From NCBI GenBank assembly GCA_029975435.1, contig JARKPC010000171.1:7647-71646 (forward strand): a stretch of 64,000 nt of DNA, in the 5' to 3' direction. The DNA comes from Propionivibrio sp. Its GTDB lineage: Bacteria > Pseudomonadota > Gammaproteobacteria > Burkholderiales > Rhodocyclaceae. Positions 60,789-64,000 of the stretch are shown here, in pieces. The notes beneath the pieces were generated by a model. It was not told where the DNA came from. It did not search any database and saw nothing but the letters and a program-made list of their open reading frames with translations. Within the stretch, counting starts at the first letter, position 1. Each line of letters opens with the position of its first letter. A program made the translations under genes and the position numbers.

Positions 60789-63345
60789 CCACACGCAACG
60801 CATCAGTAGCGCCCTGCATTTCATCGATCCCAGCCAGCGTGACACCTGGGTGCAGATGGGCATGGCCGTCAAATCCGAGTTGGGCGATACCGGCTTCGAT
60901 CTCTGGGAAAACTGGAGCCGGAACGCCGAATCGTTCAACGACCATGACGCCCGCGACGTCTGGAAAAGCATCCGGGCCGAAGGCAAGGTAACCGTCGGGA
61001 CGCTGTTCCACGAAGCCAAGGCCAACGGCTGGTGTGATGATGACCTGTACCAGAGGCCGAGCGCCGAAGAACTCGCCGAGCGCCAGCGCATCGCGGCAGA
61101 ACGTGCGGTGAAGGAAGACGCCGAAATTGCCCGGGAACGTGCCGACACCGCGCAGAACGCCTTGGCGATTCTGAAGGCGGCAACGAACGCGCCGCCCGAG
61201 CATCCCTATCTTGTCCGCAAGCAGGTTCTTCCGGTTGCCACCCTGCGCGAGATCGACGCCGGCAACGCGGCAACGATCCTCGGCTATTCACCGAGGTCTG
61301 GCGGCGAAGTGCTGACCGGGTGTCTGCTGGTCGTGCCGGTCAAGCAAGGCGACGGCCTATCCACCCTGGAACTGATCGACGGTGAGGGGCGTAAGACCGC
61401 CTTGGCCGGACGGGGCAGCAAAGCCGGTGGATACTGGGCAACAGAACGCCTCCCGGAGGGTGACGGTACCGGATTCATCCTGTTGATCGGCGAAGGCGTG
61501 GCGACCGTCCTGTCGGCCCGGCAAGCCAGCGGGCATCCAGCCATCGCCGCCTTGTCCTCGGGTAATTTACTGGCCGTAGCGACCGTCCTGCGCTCCCGGT
61601 ATCCTGCGGCAACGTTGGTCATTCTGGCCGACCTGGTGAAAGCGACCGGGCGGGCCGATCCGCATGCCATCGAAGCGGCTACAGCAGTTGGCGGCAAGCT
61701 GGCCGTTCCCGACTTCGGCAGCAATCGCCCACAGGACGCCACAGACTTCAACGACCTGATGATTCTCTCGGGAGTCGAGGCCGTTCAACGCGGGATCGAG
61801 AACGCAACGCTTCCGGCAAGTATAGAAGCGCGGACGGTCGAATCGGCTTTGTCAGTAGACAATTCCGCCGACATCCCTTGGACGGCTCCGCAACCGCTGA
61901 CGGCCAAGATCGAACCCGAACCGTATCCGATCGATGCCTTGCCCGAACCAATCCGGGCCGCGGTCGAAGAAGTCGCCGGTTTCGTCAAGGCACCACTGCC
62001 GATGGTGGCGTCGTCGGCCTTGGCTGCCCTGTCGCTGGCCATTCAGGCACACGTCAATGTCAGTCGAGCCGCCCGGCTGCAGGGGCCGGTCGGTCTCTTC
62101 CTGCTGACCATCGCCGATTCGGGGGAACGGAAATCGACCTGTGACGGCTTCTTCACCAAGCCGATCCGCGACTTCGAGGCGGCGCAGGCCGAATTGGCCA
62201 AACCTATCCTGAGCGATTATCGGGCCGATGTGGAAGCGTGGGAAGCCAAGCGCGCCGGCATCAAGGAAAAAATCCGCCAGCTCGCCAAAAACGGCACGTC
62301 GACGCATGACGAGGAAGCGGCCTTGCGCGATCTGGAACATGAGGCGCCGGAACCGCCGCGAATTCCCCGCCTGCTCTATACGGATGCCACTCCCGAGGCC
62401 TTGGCGTATGCTCTGGCCAAGCACTGGCCGGCGGCTGGCGTGGTTTCGGCGGAGGCGGGCCTTGTCCTCGGCTCGCATGGCATGGGGAGTGAGTCGGTCA
62501 TGCGCAATCTGGCCATGCTCAATCAACTGTGGGACGGCGACGGCCTGACTATTGATCGACGTTCGACGGAATCCTTCACGGTACGTGGGGCGCGGTTGAC
62601 CGTCGCTTTGCAAATTCAGGAACCGACGCTACGCAGCTTCCTCGACAAGACCGGCGCGTTGGCCCGCGGAACCGGCTTCCTGGCCCGTTTTCTGGTGGCC
62701 TGGCCGGAATCCACCCAAGGCTCTCGATCCTTTACCGACCCCCCGGAAAACTGGCCGCACCTCGCGACCTTCCATCGCCGGATTGCGGCGATCCTGGAAA
62801 AGGAGCCCGCGATGGATGAGGACGGTGCCTTGACGCCGGCACTGCTGTCGCTGGTACCTGATGCCAAAGCCGCTTGGGTGGCCTATCACGATGCCATCGA
62901 GAACGAACTCGCCAGCGGGGGCGAACTTTACGACATCCGCGACGTGGCCAGCAAATCGCCTGACAATGCGGCGCGCTTGGCGGCCCTGTTCCATGTGTTC
63001 GAACACGGTTACGACGGTCCCATCGGCCGGAACAGCGTCGAGTCGGGCAGCCGGATCGCGGCGTGGCATTTGCTCGAAGCTCGCCGGTTCTTCGGGGAAA
63101 TGGCCCTGCCGGTGGAACTGGCCAGTGCGGCGCGCCTGGATTCCTGGCTGATTGCACATGCCCGAGCGCATCAGACGCTCGCCGTCGGCAAGAACCACGT
63201 CCGCCAGTATGGACCGCTGCGCGAAGGTGGCCGTCTAGAGGCGGCGATTCGCGAACTGGTCGACCTGGATCGGCTGCGGCTCGACAAAGAGGGCAAACGG
63301 CTGATCCTCCGGATCAATCCGGCCTTGCTTCGGGAGGTTCTGTGA
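60781..63345 (+). CDS. PriCT-2 / Toprim / DUF3987 primase-helicase-like replication protein
   Basis: WVQMGMAVK...W..WS (PriCT-2); HPYLVRK, IGEGVATVLS, TDFNDL (Toprim); ADSGERKS Walker-A-like, DATPEAL, GFLARFL (DUF3987). Confidence 0.85.
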   Translation: MSNHTQRISSALHFIDPSQRDTWVQMGMAVKSELGDTGFDLWENWSRNAESFNDHDARDVWKSIRAEGKVTVGTLFHEAKANGWCDDDLYQRPSAEELAERQRIAAERAVKEDAEIARERADTAQNALAILKAATNAPPEHPYLVRKQVLPVATLREIDAGNAATILGYSPRSGGEVLTGCLLVVPVKQGDGLSTLELIDGEGRKTALAGRGSKAGGYWATERLPEGDGTGFILLIGEGVATVLSARQASGHPAIAALSSGNLLAVATVLRSRYPAATLVILADLVKATGRADPHAIEAATAVGGKLAVPDFGSNRPQDATDFNDLMILSGVEAVQRGIENATLPASIEARTVESALSVDNSADIPWTAPQPLTAKIEPEPYPIDALPEPIRAAVEEVAGFVKAPLPMVASSALAALSLAIQAHVNVSRAARLQGPVGLFLLTIADSGERKSTCDGFFTKPIRDFEAAQAELAKPILSDYRADVEAWEAKRAGIKEKIRQLAKNGTSTHDEEAALRDLEHEAPEPPRIPRLLYTDATPEALAYALAKHWPAAGVVSAEAGLVLGSHGMGSESVMRNLAMLNQLWDGDGLTIDRRSTESFTVRGARLTVALQIQEPTLRSFLDKTGALARGTGFLARFLVAWPESTQGSRSFTDPPENWPHLATFHRRIAAILEKEPAMDEDGALTPALLSLVPDAKAAWVAYHDAIENELASGGELYDIRDVASKSPDNAARLAALFHVFEHGYDGPIGRNSVESGSRIAAWHLLEARRFFGEMALPVELASAARLDSWLIAHARAHQTLAVGKNHVRQYGPLREGGRLEAAIRELVDLDRLRLDKEGKRLILRINPALLREVL

Positions 63346-63923
63346 CGCTCCGGGCACTGATCCGCAAACGCGATACCGGCGGCCATGCTACGGCTATTGC
63401 TGCTACATCTGCTATGGCACCGGCGCCCACGGCAGGAACTGTAGCAGGAATAGCAACCATAGCAGTAGCAAGCTCTCCGGCTGGTCTCAATGTGGTGAAC
63501 GTACCGTGGTCGGACAAAGCGGACAATGCCGAGACGTTCGCGGGTTTGGAGCGCGGAAACAAGGAGCAGGACCCGCTTTCCGAACGATGGCCTGGGTCGA
63601 TCACGGACGTCGGACCGACATCCACGCATTCCGAATTACGAGTAGTTGACGATACCGACGTGGCCGGGGATATCGATTTCTGGCTGTCCTCCGAGCCGGA
63701 CCTGGAGCTACCCGCGTACTTCGCCGACCTGGCCATGGATACGGCACCGGATGATCGAGCGTACTGCGCGCACTGCTCGAACTTGCGGGGACGCGTCTGC
63801 GTGGTAGCCAAACCGGGTGGCGTGGTATCCGCGAAGGTGGGTTACCGACCCGTGACGGACCTCTTGCAGCGTTGTGCGGAGTTTGCTGAGCGTTCGGTTC
63901 GTGCAACGCAAACTTCCTGTTGA
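63342..63923 (+). CDS. Hypothetical protein with C-terminal Cys cluster
   Basis: GTGA overlap with the replicase stop; ATA/VA-rich N-terminus; DDRAYCAHC..C...RC. Confidence 0.6.
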   Translation: MTLRALIRKRDTGGHATAIAATSAMAPAPTAGTVAGIATIAVASSPAGLNVVNVPWSDKADNAETFAGLERGNKEQDPLSERWPGSITDVGPTSTHSELRVVDDTDVAGDIDFWLSSEPDLELPAYFADLAMDTAPDDRAYCAHCSNLRGRVCVVAKPGGVVSAKVGYRPVTDLLQRCAEFAERSVRATQTSC

Positions 63924-63950
63924 TTTCGGAAAAAGATTGGGGAAAGCGCG

Positions 63951-64000
63951 ATGGGTGGAATAGGGAGTGGCCGGAAAAACGGCGGGCCGCTGATTACCGA
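63951..64000 (+). CDS. Start of a hypothetical protein (3'-truncated)
   Basis: ATG after GGGGAAAG; MGGIGSGRKNGGPLIT open to the window edge. Confidence 0.45.
   Translation, partial: MGGIGSGRKNGGPLIT

Larger units (their letters stand above)
59450..64000 (+). mobile_element. tRNA-Val-integrated phage-satellite/IME-like element (continues beyond window)
   Basis: Abrupt AT-richer sequence after the tRNA CCA, integrase remnant, alpA, PriCT-2/Toprim/DUF3987 replicase. Confidence 0.85.

Overview
GC-rich bacterial chromosomal window, most consistent with a betaproteobacterium of the Rhodocyclales type (inference from gene content, not a database result). From left to right: a 5'-truncated pyruvate:ferredoxin oxidoreductase coupled to a fused NfnB-NfnA (SudA-SudB-like) flavoprotein; a hypothetical lipoprotein; an isochorismatase/GlxA pair; two paralogous GGDEF-EAL proteins; an exported M20 amidohydrolase; a CREST-hydrolase/aas pair; prfC; an HDOD protein; an AlkA-like glycosylase; a TDT transporter; tRNA-Ala/Glu/Asp; accA-tilS; truC-ychJ; twin FadR/GntR regulators; SCO/PCuAC copper chaperones; an orphan NirDL; a four-gene cyanophycin locus (ABC exporter, DUF1854, two cphA); a solitary cbiM; a Fur-boxed beta-barrel-feoA-feoB operon; an amino-acid ABC transporter; stand-alone mnmD; an aminotransferase; a TPR-glycosyltransferase; gltX; and tRNA-Val. 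A phage-satellite-like element begins at tRNA-Val and runs off the right edge. Its integrase survives only as a C-terminal fragment that the ORF track missed. The best candidates for undescribed biology are the PFOR/NfnBA-fusion module, the ABC/DUF1854/dual-CphA locus, the tRNA-Val element and the Fur-controlled barrel-Feo unit. All calls come from motif recognition by eye; no searches were run, and several start codons are my estimates.
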